From positions 928,001-992,000 of the forward strand of contig CAUVXB020000002.1 in assembly GCA_963555825.3 (NCBI GenBank): 64,000 nucleotides of DNA, written 5' to 3'. Of the stretch, positions 51,379-61,260 are shown in pieces. The notes under the pieces are model-generated. The model saw nothing but the letters and a program-made list of their open reading frames with translations. It was not told where the DNA came from and did not search any database. The stretch is from Alphaproteobacteria bacterium (GTDB lineage: Bacteria; Pseudomonadota; Alphaproteobacteria; JAAXGF01). The translations under genes and the position numbers were made by a program. How positions within the stretch are numbered: position 1 is the first letter of the stretch; each line of letters begins with the position of its first letter.

Positions 51379-52431
51379 ATGACGGCAGCCACTGACGTCG
51401 CACCGATCACGCCCGGCTGGCTGCGCGGCGGGGTGTTCGATCTCGGCTTCATCGTCGGCATCGCCGCGCTGGCGCTCGCCTCGGGCGCGCTCGCGGCCTA
51501 TGAGCCGCGCTGGTTCACGCCGATCCTGGTGACCGATCTCTGGCTCTTGGGCTACCACCACGTCGTCACCACCTTCACGCGGCTATGCTTCGACCGCGCG
51601 AGCCTGCGCGCCCACCGCATCCTGATCACCTGGCTGCCGCTAATCGTGCTCGCCGGCGTCGCCGCGCTCGCCGCCGGCGCCGGGCTCTGGGTATTGGCCA
51701 GCGTCTATCTCTACTGGCAGTGGTTCCACTACACGCGCCAGAGCTATGGCATCGCCCAGGTCTACCGGCGCAAGGCCGGATCGGGCTTCGTCGAAAACCC
51801 CTGGCTGACCAGGGCGGCGATCTATCTGCTGCCGCTGTGGGGCATCGCGCACCGCTCGCACCAGGACCCGGGCGCGTTCCTGTTCATGGAGCTGCGCGTC
51901 ATCCCGGTGCCCGAGGTCGCCGTGACCGTCGCCGGCCTCGCCGCCGGCGCGGCGCTCGCGTGGTGGCTGGTAAGCCGCGCCCGCATGGCGATGCGCGGCC
52001 ATCTGCCGGTCGCGCACACGCTCTACATGGCGTCGCATTTCGCCATCTTCTATGTCGGTTATCTGGTGATCGAGGACATCACCCATGGCTGGCTGGTGCT
52101 CAACGTGTGGCACAACGCGTAGTACATCGCCTTCGTCTGGATTTACAACAACAACCGGTTCAAGCGTGGCGTCGACCGACAAGCGCGCTTCCTGTCGACG
52201 ATCAGCCAGACGCGCAACTGGTGGCTCTACTTCCCGGTTTGCGTGGCGATCTCGACGCTGCTCTACAAACTGGTCGAACCGAGCCTCGTGGCGCTGATCG
52301 CACTGGCCGGCCTGCCGGCGATGCCGGTGATCGTCATCTACATGACGGTCAACTTCCACCACTACATCGTCGACGGCGTCATCTGGAAGCTGCGCCGGAA
52401 ACCGCTGCAACAGACCCTGGGCATCGCATGA
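51379..52431 (+). pseudogene. His-motif integral membrane protein with internal amber codon at 52120-52122
   Basis: Frame continues after TAG (YIAFVWIYNNNRF...NFHHYIVDGVIWKLR) to a TGA overlapping the next ATG; motifs GYHH, WFHY, WHN, FHHY. Confidence 0.8.
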
Positions 52432-53879
52432 CCGGCAGCAATCTCCTGTTCATCTGTTCGGACGAGCACGCGCGCAGCGCGATGGGCTGCTCGGGTCACA
52501 CCGTGGTCCAGACGCCGACGCTCGATCGGCTCGCCGCAAGCGGCACGCGTTTCACCAATGCCTACACCAATTCGCCGATCTGCGTGCCGGCGCGCGCCAG
52601 CCTGGCGACCGGACGCTACGTCCACCAAATCGGCAACTGGTCGAGCGCGGAGCCGTACAAGGGCGATGTGCCGGGCTGGGGCCACCGGCTGATCGACGAC
52701 GGCCACCGGGTCGTCTCGATCGGCAAGCTGCACTACCGCGACACCGACGACCCGAACGGCTTCGAGCCGGAGATCCTGCCGCTCCACGTGGTCGACGGGG
52801 TTGGCTGGATGACCGCGCTGCTGCGCCGCGACCCACCGCCCGCCGGCGACGTCAACGCCGGCTTCGCGCGCGACGTCGGCGCCGGCGAGACCGCCTACAC
52901 CCGATACGACCGCGACATCTGCGCCGCCGCCTGCGATTGGCTCAAGAACGATGGCGCACGCCGCGGCGACACGCCCTGGGTGCTCTTCGTCTCGTTTGTC
53001 TGCCCGCATTACCCACTCGTCGCGCCGGCCGAATTCCACGGCCTGTATACGCCGGAAGACGCCGGCTGGCCGCGCGCTTACGCGCCCGATCAGCGCCCGA
53101 CGCACCCGGTACTGACCGAGCTGGCGCGCTATTTCGACTACGACGCCTATTTCGACGATGCCCGCGTGCGCGAGGCGCGCGCGGCCTATTACGGGCTCTG
53201 CTCGTTCCTCGACGACAACGTCCGCAAACTGCTCGCCGCGCTCGAGGACGGCGGCCTCGCCGGCGAGACGCGGATCGTCTACACCGCCGACCACGGCGAG
53301 ATGCTCGGCGACCACGGTTTCTGGGCCAAGTCGGTGATGTACGACGGCGCCGTGGCCGTGCCGCTGATCGTCGCCGGGCCCGGCGTGCCGGCCGGCGCGG
53401 TGATCGAGACGCCGGTCAGCCACGTCGATTGCTACCCGACCATCGTCGAGAGCGTCGGCGCGCCGCTGAGCGTCGCCGAGCGCGCGCTGCCCGGCCACTC
53501 GCTGATCGACATCGCCGAGGGCGCCACGCCCGATCGCACGGTGCTCAGCGAGTATCACGACGGCGGCGCGATCACCGGCATCTTCATGGTCCGCGTCCGG
53601 CGCTGGAAATACGTCCACTACGTCGGCTACGCGCCGCAGCTGTTCGACCTGAATGCCGACCCAACGGAAGAGAACGACCTGGGCGAGAGCCCCGACCACG
53701 CCGAGGTGCGCGCCGAGTGCGAGGCGCGCCTGCGCGACATCCTCGACCCCGAAGCGGTCAACGACCAGGCCTTCGCCGACCAGGCGCGCCGCGCCGAGGC
53801 ACTCGGCGGCGCGGCGGCGATCCGCGCCCGCGGCGACTTCTCCTACACCCCGGCGCCGGGCGAGGCGGCGGCGGGCTAA
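52428..53879 (+). CDS. Sulfatase (choline-sulfatase-like)
   Basis: SDEH, SPICVPAR (CxPxR), IGKLH, PHYP, ADHGEMLG. Confidence 0.9.
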   Translation: MTGSNLLFICSDEHARSAMGCSGHTVVQTPTLDRLAASGTRFTNAYTNSPICVPARASLATGRYVHQIGNWSSAEPYKGDVPGWGHRLIDDGHRVVSIGKLHYRDTDDPNGFEPEILPLHVVDGVGWMTALLRRDPPPAGDVNAGFARDVGAGETAYTRYDRDICAAACDWLKNDGARRGDTPWVLFVSFVCPHYPLVAPAEFHGLYTPEDAGWPRAYAPDQRPTHPVLTELARYFDYDAYFDDARVREARAAYYGLCSFLDDNVRKLLAALEDGGLAGETRIVYTADHGEMLGDHGFWAKSVMYDGAVAVPLIVAGPGVPAGAVIETPVSHVDCYPTIVESVGAPLSVAERALPGHSLIDIAEGATPDRTVLSEYHDGGAITGIFMVRVRRWKYVHYVGYAPQLFDLNADPTEENDLGESPDHAEVRAECEARLRDILDPEAVNDQAFADQARRAEALGGAAAIRARGDFSYTPAPGEAAAG

Positions 53880-53951
53880 GATGATACCCAGCGCGCGCCT
53901 ATCGCCTCAACAACCCATTCGATCAGTTCAAATGGAGCTCTTGCTGAAGCT

Positions 53952-54724
53952 TTATACCGTCGCGTCGCCGAGGGCGTCCTCAAGTTCCGGCCCGATGAAT
54001 TTTTTGGCGACTTTGTCCGGTCTCGTGATCCACATTATCAACGTAAAGATTAAGATAAGCACACGCTTCGCAATGTCCATGTATCTGGACAGCAATCTCA
54101 AAGATTTACTGTTAGGATATTTTGCATATAATTTTTTTACTGCCAAATCGCTAAGAGGAAACCCAACGATATACTTACTATAACTCAGAATTTTCTTTAT
54201 GAACACCAACGTCAGTAGGCTATAGTATTGAGTGGCATCGAGGATTTCATGATGGCGCCGGCGACTTTTTGACTTCGCCATTCTTCGAGTACTTCGTCAA
54301 GATCAGAGTGGCTGATGATTGTCTCAAAGGGCCCCAAGACTGCGCCAAGACCATCTTCATCATCCTCGTTTTCCGAAGCGCCATCGGCGCTGGCCCCGGT
54401 ATCTTGCCCCTGCGTATCATCGCTTTCGTCGCCTTCTGCAGCTTCACTACTGGGTTGTACAGACGCTCCCATGGCCCTTCAGACGCCAACTATCGTGCTT
54501 GCCTCAATTGAACTTTCAGCGCTCGCGTATTCGGATGTTAGGAAAACAGTAATCTTGGAGACGTGGTCGCTGTCTTCGAAAAACTTATCGAGTCCCTTGA
54601 TCGCGGCGACTTTCCTCGCCAACGCGTCTTGACCCGCAAGTGTGAACTCGATCGTATCACCTGAATCGAGGATGGAGATGAGCTGCTCGCCGACATTTCT
54701 GATGTGGGGCGGATAGTGTGGCAT
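53952..54724 (-). pseudogene. Possible degraded gene of unknown function in AT-rich island
   Basis: ORFs 54479-54724 and 54212-54472 are in one frame separated by a single TGA; ORF 53952-54281 overlaps in another frame. Confidence 0.4.
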
Positions 54725-54877
54725 GGCGTTACCTCACGTGCCTTTCGAATTGGTGAAACACCATTATCCGTGGTCACGTAATGGCGCCTCAGACCGTTAC
54801 AAGCGTTGATTATGGTGGTTATTGGACGTGAGAGCCCCGGTGTTAAATGACATTTGCCGCGTCTGTTTCGTTGGAAA

Positions 54878-55366
54878 TTACCCTGTGAATCGTTCAATAA
54901 GCGCCTGCCGATTACTCAATCTACGAGCTGTTTTCCGCACAGGTCCTTGTTCGGTAATCCGTCGGGTGGCCAATATCATGATATCAATCAAAGCGGACAG
55001 GCATGTGGAAATCAATTCTTCCGATTTATTTGTTGTCTGGAAATACGTATGCCTTCTGTCTCCTTCTTTGTCGTCCAGTAGAGAATATGTTTCAAGATAA
55101 CCTTTGTCTATTAGGCGGTCAATATGTATTCTTGCGGATCTATCTTTCCGTGGCTTGTATACTTCTTTTGCTTTCTGGGGATTGAAAAGGACATCACTTT
55201 TATTGCTTAGCCAGACGAGATGTAGCAACAACCAGCTAGGGCGATCTATTAGTTGTTGGGTTCCATCGCTTTCAACGGTATATGTGGTATCCAATTCAGT
55301 TATATAGTCAAGATATGCGTTGAGAATCGTCTTGAGCTGTTCCACGTTATACTCATTCTCGCTCAT
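54878..55366 (-). CDS. Hypothetical protein, possibly winged-helix (MarR-like)
   Basis: 162-aa ORF in AT-rich DNA with GGGG RBS; HIDRLIDKGYLE..GDRRHTYFQTT resembles a MarR wing. Confidence 0.55.
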   Translation of the reverse strand: MSENEYNVEQLKTILNAYLDYITELDTTYTVESDGTQQLIDRPSWLLLHLVWLSNKSDVLFNPQKAKEVYKPRKDRSARIHIDRLIDKGYLETYSLLDDKEGDRRHTYFQTTNKSEELISTCLSALIDIMILATRRITEQGPVRKTARRLSNRQALIERFTG

Positions 55367-55430
55367 TTGTGCCCCCCCGATAGTTTCATAAATTATATTA
55401 CAATTTCTGCTTGAATGTAAACGCCCTTAG

Positions 55431-56900
55431 CAGCCCGTTGAAAAAGGCGTCATTGACCGGGTTTCACGCCACGGCGAAGCATATCGCGGCGAAGGCGGTT
55501 TCGCCATCCTCCGAGACGATGAGGACGATCTGAACGACCAGGACGGCTCCAGCGGGCGTAACAAGCACGAACAAGGCGCCAATTCCGCCCGCCACGGCCT
55601 CCTTCGGGGTGCCGGCGCCGATGAGTTGGCGCATCAGCAACGATAGGTTGTGGCCGGCGACGTGAAGCAGGTATCGCTTGTGCACGTTCTCGCGGCCCCG
55701 AAGCCAGGTCCGGCGCATACCGCCGCGATCGAGGTTGTGGGCAAAGGAGCGCTCGACGATCTCGGCGCGCAGCTTGAAGGCTTCCCTGGCCACCCCCGAT
55801 AACAGCCGGGTCCGGTTGTTGGTGACCGCCCGGCGAGCCGCATCATCTCCGTGCCAGCGCGCAAAACCCTTCTGCTTGGGCTCGGAGATCCGGCTCTTCC
55901 AGGGGCCGTCGTCGAGCGCCTTCAAGACCAACCGTGAGTGGTAGCCCTTATCGGTCACACATTCGGCCGGATCTTCGGCCGTCGGCGCCACATCCACCGC
56001 CTCGAGGTTTGCCTCGGCCGCCGCCAGGGTCTTGGGAAGCGTTGTCGTATCGCCCTCGTCGGCCGGGTGCAGCTCCGCCGCCACCACCGCGCCGGTGTCC
56101 AGATCCACCGCGTGCTCGGGCTTGTAGGCCAGGTGCGTGGTGCCGTCCTTCATCTTGGCGATCTTGGCCTCGGGGTCGCTCCTGGAAACCCAGTCCTGGT
56201 TCGAGAGCTTCTTGCCCTTGCGCTTGCGGTCCAGACGCGCCAGGTCCTCAGCCGTGGGTGTCTCGATACCGCTCTCCTGGGCCAAGCGCTCCAGCATCCC
56301 CCGGTAACCCTCGCCCGTGTCCCTCCGCACGATGTTGCGCAGCGCCGCGTTGGCCTCCATGGTCGAGGCATCCACCCCGATGCGCTCGCCCTTCACCAGA
56401 CCCGCCTCGGCGATCAGCGCCAGGACCCAGTCAAACACCGCCGTGTGGACTTCATGGGGCAGGCGCGCGCGGGTCCGTGACAGCCAGGAATGGTCCGGCA
56501 CCCGTCCCCGCCTCTCCAACAGCAGGAACTCCCGTAGCGACAGGGAATCCGAGCACCGCCACTCCAGCCCACGCTCAGAGTCGATACCCTCGAAGTAGCC
56601 CACCAGGTGCATACGGAAGTAGCGCCCGGGTGGCACCGAAGGCGCCCCCATCCTGGCCGCGTAATAGGGCTGGCAGACCGCCTCGGCGAAGCCGTCGAAG
56701 CCGCCCTCGATCAGTACCAACTGCAGGCGGTCGTAAAATACATGACCTGGCGAGCGCGGCATCTCCGACCAGCTCACCATCAAGTCCCCCTGACGATCCT
56801 TCTGCTGTCCCATCGCCATCAGCGAACCCCCCTTCAGGCCAGGACACCAGAGAATCAGACCATGCCGACTTCGTCCAGGGAAGACTTCGTCAACGGGCTG
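55431..56900 (-). mobile_element. IS1182/IS5-like element (1470 bp)
   Basis: TIRs cagcccgttgaaaaaggc / gacttcgtcaacgggctg; 4-bp TSD TTAG (55427-55430, 56901-56904). Confidence 0.92.
55464..56819 (-). CDS. IS1182-like DDE transposase
   Basis: GIDSERGL, PDHSWL, GVDAS, TDKGY, R.EIVERSFA. Confidence 0.9.
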   Translation of the reverse strand: MAMGQQKDRQGDLMVSWSEMPRSPGHVFYDRLQLVLIEGGFDGFAEAVCQPYYAARMGAPSVPPGRYFRMHLVGYFEGIDSERGLEWRCSDSLSLREFLLLERRGRVPDHSWLSRTRARLPHEVHTAVFDWVLALIAEAGLVKGERIGVDASTMEANAALRNIVRRDTGEGYRGMLERLAQESGIETPTAEDLARLDRKRKGKKLSNQDWVSRSDPEAKIAKMKDGTTHLAYKPEHAVDLDTGAVVAAELHPADEGDTTTLPKTLAAAEANLEAVDVAPTAEDPAECVTDKGYHSRLVLKALDDGPWKSRISEPKQKGFARWHGDDAARRAVTNNRTRLLSGVAREAFKLRAEIVERSFAHNLDRGGMRRTWLRGRENVHKRYLLHVAGHNLSLLMRQLIGAGTPKEAVAGGIGALFVLVTPAGAVLVVQIVLIVSEDGETAFAAICFAVA

Positions 56901-57004
56901 TTAGCTCTATTGAATTGCGGCTAATTTTTGCCAACGGCGTGCATACCTCACAAAATTTGGCACGAGAGTTTCAGCTCAAACTTCGTACAGTGAGGTCATC
57001 GATT

Positions 57005-57229
57005 GGGGTTGACTGGATCGCGACGCACACCGACCTCGCCAGCTTCTACGCCTGCATGGAACCGAGGAATCGCGCTTCCGGGCGCATCCTCGAAATGGCC
57101 GGAATGGTGTATGTCCGCCACGCGGACCTGTGGAATTCGGTTAAGCTCGGGATCGGGCTGATTTCCGTGTACGTCCTCGATTGCGCGGCCCATCGTGAGG
57201 CGCTCGGATCTCGCGTGCCGCCAGCCTGA
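57005..57229 (+). pseudogene. C-terminal remnant of a RimJ-like GNAT acetyltransferase
   Basis: ACMEPRNRASGRILEMAGM (NxxS motif); no N-terminal part; abuts AT-rich DNA. Confidence 0.5.
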
Positions 57230-57247
57230 CACGGCCCGCCGGCCGGC

Positions 57248-58240
57248 TCACGCGCTCATCAGCGCGTCGTGGACGAATTTCTGGAAGAAATGGACGTGGT
57301 GCTCCGAGAAATCGGTGCGCGCGCGGTCGACGATCAAGCGGCCCTGGCGGTAGCCGCGTGAGCGCAGGCCCTTCTGCACTTGCTCGCACAGGCGCACGTC
57401 CTCGCCGATCAAGACGTTCTTGATGTAGTCGACGAAGCGCCGCTCGCGCTCTAAGGGCTCGCGGCTGGTGAAGTAGAAGTCCCAGCGCTCGCGCGTCGTC
57501 TCGGGCCCGGTCGGCACGACCTGGAACAGGACCGCGCCTGGCGAGCCCGGCCAGAACAGCGGGATCAGCGTCGGCCAGATGTAGCCGAACAGTGAATCCC
57601 GCTGGGCGTCGGCCGCGTCGAGCGCGTAGGCGCCGCTGTCGAGCGCCTTGCGCTCGACAACATGCGAAAACGTGATGCCGTCGTCGGACCAATGCGCCTT
57701 GTCGCGGTAGTCGACCAGCGCCATCAGCGTCTTGTGGTTGGCGGCGCAGTGATAGCATTCGTGATTGTTGTCGATCACCGTCTTCCAGTTGGCGGCGACC
57801 GCGACCTCGTGGCGCTCGGCGCGCACCAGATCGTCGAGCCTGGGGCAGTAGGCGTACATGTCGCGCAAGAAGTTGGGCGCCTGCTCGACCAAGGGCGCGG
57901 CGTCGGCGTCCAGGTTGACGAACAGGAAACCGCCATAGGCCTCGATGCGCACCGGTGCGCGCTCGGCGTCGTCGAAGGCGCGGATTTCGCCGTCCTCACC
58001 GCGCATCGCGACGACGCCCCGGTCGGCGACCGCGCCGGCGATACGGTCGCCTGGCGCGGCGATGTCGCTGACGTGGCCGAGATAACTCCAGGTCCGGTAG
58101 AAGATCGCCGCGTGCTCGAGCCGGTAGATCTCGGGCGCGGTGTACCAGTGCGCCGGCAAGGTCCAGCTGTTCTCGGCGACCGGGTCGAAGCGCCCGGCGT
58201 CGAGCAGCGGCGGCGATCGCAGCTCGGCTTGGTCGTTCAT
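57248..58240 (-). CDS. Ring-hydroxylating oxygenase alpha-subunit homologue (CntA/choline monooxygenase-like) lacking the Rieske ligands
   Basis: TLPAHWYT, GEIRAF, GFLFVNLD, ANWK..DN..ECYHC..NH, ED...CE.VQKGL; no CxH or CxxH Rieske motifs. Confidence 0.82.
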   Translation of the reverse strand: MNDQAELRSPPLLDAGRFDPVAENSWTLPAHWYTAPEIYRLEHAAIFYRTWSYLGHVSDIAAPGDRIAGAVADRGVVAMRGEDGEIRAFDDAERAPVRIEAYGGFLFVNLDADAAPLVEQAPNFLRDMYAYCPRLDDLVRAERHEVAVAANWKTVIDNNHECYHCAANHKTLMALVDYRDKAHWSDDGITFSHVVERKALDSGAYALDAADAQRDSLFGYIWPTLIPLFWPGSPGAVLFQVVPTGPETTRERWDFYFTSREPLERERRFVDYIKNVLIGEDVRLCEQVQKGLRSRGYRQGRLIVDRARTDFSEHHVHFFQKFVHDALMSA

Positions 58241-58301
58241 GGCGTGCTCCCGGCGCAACTCAGAGCCGCCAAAGGATACCGCAAATCGTCATCCGCCGCG
58301 G

Positions 58302-60059
58302 CTAGTTTTCGGCGCGGTAGCGATAGACGTCGAAGCCCTTGAGCGACTCGATCGGCGTGTAGCGCTCGCGGACGAAGTCGACGATCGGCGCGGTCATCGG
58401 CGTGTTGTACTTGTCGCGCGGGCGGTGGAACACCAGCGCCGGCGGGTCGCGCTCGAGGATCGCGAGCGCCTCGGCGACGTCGGCCGCGTCGGTCAGGCCG
58501 ATGCCGGCGTTGAAGAAGCGCAGCGGGTTGCGCCGGCGCGCCAGCACGTAGAGCTCGGGGTTCATCGGCAGCGCCAGGATCGGCGCGCCGGCCGGCGCCT
58601 CGCGCGCGATCAACGCGACGAAATGGGCGTAGAGCCGGGCCTCGCCGGGTTCGATCGCCAGGCCGACGCGGTCGAGCCCGTGGTCGGCCGAAAGTGCGAT
58701 GCGCTCGCCGCGCAGCGCGCCGTCGATGCCGCGCGTCAGCGGCTGCGCGGCATGGTAGTGGAGCGCGACCGCGGCCATCGCAGAGGCGATACCGACCGGC
58801 GCCCAGCGTCCCGGGCGCGTGCCGCCCGTGGTCAGCCAAAGCACCGCGGCGATCGTCGGGCCGGTCGCGAAGAACAGATAAACGGGGATCTGATAGTGCA
58901 CCGCGACGAGCACATAGAAGACGCCGAGGAAGGCCAGCGGATGGAACGCCGGCGATGCCGTGCCGGCACGCATCAGGCCGCGCAGCACCAGGAAGCCTTG
59001 CGCCGTGGCGAGCAGCACGAGCGCGACCCAGAACAGCCCGTTGGCGACTTCCACCGCGCTGACCAGCACGGCGACCTGGCGCAGCGCGGTGACCAGGAAG
59101 AGGCCGTGGCCGAAGGGGTTGGCGCGCAGGAAGTCGAGGTTGGAGAGCGCCAGCGCGCCGATCACGATGGCGTCGAGCCAGTCCGCGAGCGAGCCGTTGG
59201 CCAGGTGATAGGCGACCAGCGGCGCCGCCGCCACCGCCGCGCCCACCGTGAGCCAGAGCGCCATGCGGGCGACCGCGCGATTGCCGGCCGCCGGGTTGAA
59301 CCACGCCCAGATCAAGACGGCGATCGGCCAAACGCCGAACAGGCCGATCGCCTGGCCGTCGGTCTTGCCCAACAGGTAGCCGGCCAGTCCGGCGAGCATG
59401 ATCAGCAGCAGCGCCCGCACCAGGCCGCGACCGGTGTCGGCGTTGCGCGCGTCGAGCCGAGGCTCGCCCGACCGTGGCTCGACCAGCAGCCAGGCGACGA
59501 CGCCGATGGCGACGATGACACCGGTCAACTGGTGGAACATGATCAGCGTGCCGATCAGGAAACCAATGACGGCGAGCCGCCAGCGCCATTCGCGCGGCAG
59601 CCAGGCCACCGCGGCGACGATCAGCAGGTAGACGAACAGCGCGTGCCAGTTGGCCGTCGGGTTGAGAAACTGGACGAACGACAGCGCCGTCCCGGCCAGC
59701 GCGCCGACGACGCCGACGACCGCGCCGCGCGGGCCGAGCAGCAGGAAGATCAGCCCCGCCTGGACGATGCCCATGGCGACCAGCGGATAGCGCAGCGACA
59801 CGAAGTCGTCGCCGAACAGCCGGAGCGCCGCGGCGTTGAGGAAATTGTGGTAGCCCGGGTGGACGTCGTCGATGTCGCGGTGCATCACCTCGCCGGCCAG
59901 GATGCGCTCGGCCATGTGGAAGTCGGCGCCGTCGTCGGGCGCCCACCAGAAGCGGTCGTGGTAGTGGCCGAGCACCAGCGCCGCGAGCGCCAGCGCGACG
60001 ATCAGGCCGATGATCAGGCGAACATCGAGCGCCCTCGTCGTCGCCGGCGCCTGGTTCAC
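58302..60059 (-). CDS. Polytopic membrane protein, GT-C glycosyltransferase-like
   Basis: TM followed by PDDG, HPG motif, many TM helices, soluble C-terminal domain. Confidence 0.65.
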   Translation of the reverse strand: MNQAPATTRALDVRLIIGLIVALALAALVLGHYHDRFWWAPDDGADFHMAERILAGEVMHRDIDDVHPGYHNFLNAAALRLFGDDFVSLRYPLVAMGIVQAGLIFLLLGPRGAVVGVVGALAGTALSFVQFLNPTANWHALFVYLLIVAAVAWLPREWRWRLAVIGFLIGTLIMFHQLTGVIVAIGVVAWLLVEPRSGEPRLDARNADTGRGLVRALLLIMLAGLAGYLLGKTDGQAIGLFGVWPIAVLIWAWFNPAAGNRAVARMALWLTVGAAVAAAPLVAYHLANGSLADWLDAIVIGALALSNLDFLRANPFGHGLFLVTALRQVAVLVSAVEVANGLFWVALVLLATAQGFLVLRGLMRAGTASPAFHPLAFLGVFYVLVAVHYQIPVYLFFATGPTIAAVLWLTTGGTRPGRWAPVGIASAMAAVALHYHAAQPLTRGIDGALRGERIALSADHGLDRVGLAIEPGEARLYAHFVALIAREAPAGAPILALPMNPELYVLARRRNPLRFFNAGIGLTDAADVAEALAILERDPPALVFHRPRDKYNTPMTAPIVDFVRERYTPIESLKGFDVYRYRAEN

Positions 60060-60685
60060 GGCGTCGCGGGCTCGCGCCGCTGTCTCAGGCCGAAGCTGAC
60101 GCGCCCGACGCCGATCTCGGTGATGGTGTGGAACGGCCGCTCGTCCGAACCCAGAAAGCCCGGCGCGCGCAGGAAGACCACGCTGCCCGGCGCATGGTCG
60201 ATCTCGCGCTTGCCCGACCCCGCCCGGTCGGCGCAGAGATAGAGCCGTGCGTCGCCGGCCAGCGTGAACAGGCAGGCGACGTTGATATAGCCGGCCGAAT
60301 CGCGGTGCGGCGTGATGCCGATCGAGCCGGCGTCGTAGCGCTGCAGCATCAAATCGTCGAATTTCAGCGGCGTCGCGAACGGGTCGTCTTCGAGCCCGGC
60401 AAGCGCGCGCTCGACCAGCGTCTGGAAGGCTGCCGTGAAAACGTGGAACGGGCTGTCGTCGGGGAAGACGGCGCAGCAGTCCATGCCCTGGCGCACGATG
60501 TTCTCGCCGCTGCCGACGACGTCCCGAGAGGTGCGGTAGACGCCACGCAGCGCCGCCTCGAGCAGCAGCTCGCGGCCGTCGTCGCGCAGCAGCGGCACCG
60601 ACGCGGCGCCGACCTCGCGCATGCCGTCGACCACCGCGCCCATGTCGAGCGCGGCCTCATCGAAATAGGTCGATGCGTCGCTCAT
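60056..60685 (-). CDS. 2OG-Fe(II) oxygenase-like protein
   Basis: QRY..GITPHRD (HxD), PFH, GRVSF. Confidence 0.7.
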   Translation of the reverse strand: MSDASTYFDEAALDMGAVVDGMREVGAASVPLLRDDGRELLLEAALRGVYRTSRDVVGSGENIVRQGMDCCAVFPDDSPFHVFTAAFQTLVERALAGLEDDPFATPLKFDDLMLQRYDAGSIGITPHRDSAGYINVACLFTLAGDARLYLCADRAGSGKREIDHAPGSVVFLRAPGFLGSDERPFHTITEIGVGRVSFGLRQRREPATP

Positions 60686-60759
60686 CGCACCCGCTGCCTA
60701 GCCTAGCCTGTCCGACAGGATACACGCGCGGCGACGCGGCGGCGATGGTGTTCGGTCGG

Positions 60760-61260
60760 TCAGCCGAACGAGAACGCGCCCTGGCCGGTGGCGACGCTGC
60801 GCTCGAGTTCCAGGAGCGCGGCCTTGGTCTCGAGGCCGCCGCCGAAGCCGGTAAGCTTGCCGGTCGAGCCGATGACGCGGTGGCAGGGCACGACGATCGG
60901 CAGGGGGTTTCTGCCGTTCGCCGCGCCGACCGCGCGCGACGCCGTTGGCCTGCCGATGGCCCCGGCGATCTCGCCGTAGGACCGCGTCTCGCCGTAGGGA
61001 ATAGTGCGGAGCGCGTCCCAGACGGCGTGTTGGAACGGCGTGCCCCGGGGCGCCAGCGCCAGATCGAAATCGGTGCGCGCGCCCGCGAAATAGGCGTCGA
61101 GCTGGTCGAGCGCGGCGTCGAACGGGCCCGCGTCGGCACGCCAATCTGGCGCCGGCTCGCGCGCGTAGGAATCGCCGGGCAGGCTGATCAGCGTGAGCCC
61201 CTGGTCGTCGCCGGTGAGCACCAAGCGGCCGATCGGGCTAGCCATATGCGTGTAGTACAT
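60760..61260 (-). CDS. ogt: Methylated-DNA--protein-cysteine S-methyltransferase
   Basis: GTPFQ, IPYGETRSY, VPCHRVIG. Confidence 0.94.
   Translation of the reverse strand: MYYTHMASPIGRLVLTGDDQGLTLISLPGDSYAREPAPDWRADAGPFDAALDQLDAYFAGARTDFDLALAPRGTPFQHAVWDALRTIPYGETRSYGEIAGAIGRPTASRAVGAANGRNPLPIVVPCHRVIGSTGKLTGFGGGLETKAALLELERSVATGQGAFSFG

Noticed and set aside
52120-52122. Pyrrolysine or genetic-code reassignment of TAG (and selenocysteine for TGA at 54479-54481)
   Set aside because: TAG and TGA terminate many clear genes here; no pyl or sel genes and no supporting context.
56957-56973. ttggcacgagagtttca as a sigma54 promoter
   Set aside because: The -12 element reads TTTC rather than TTGC and only a gene remnant follows.
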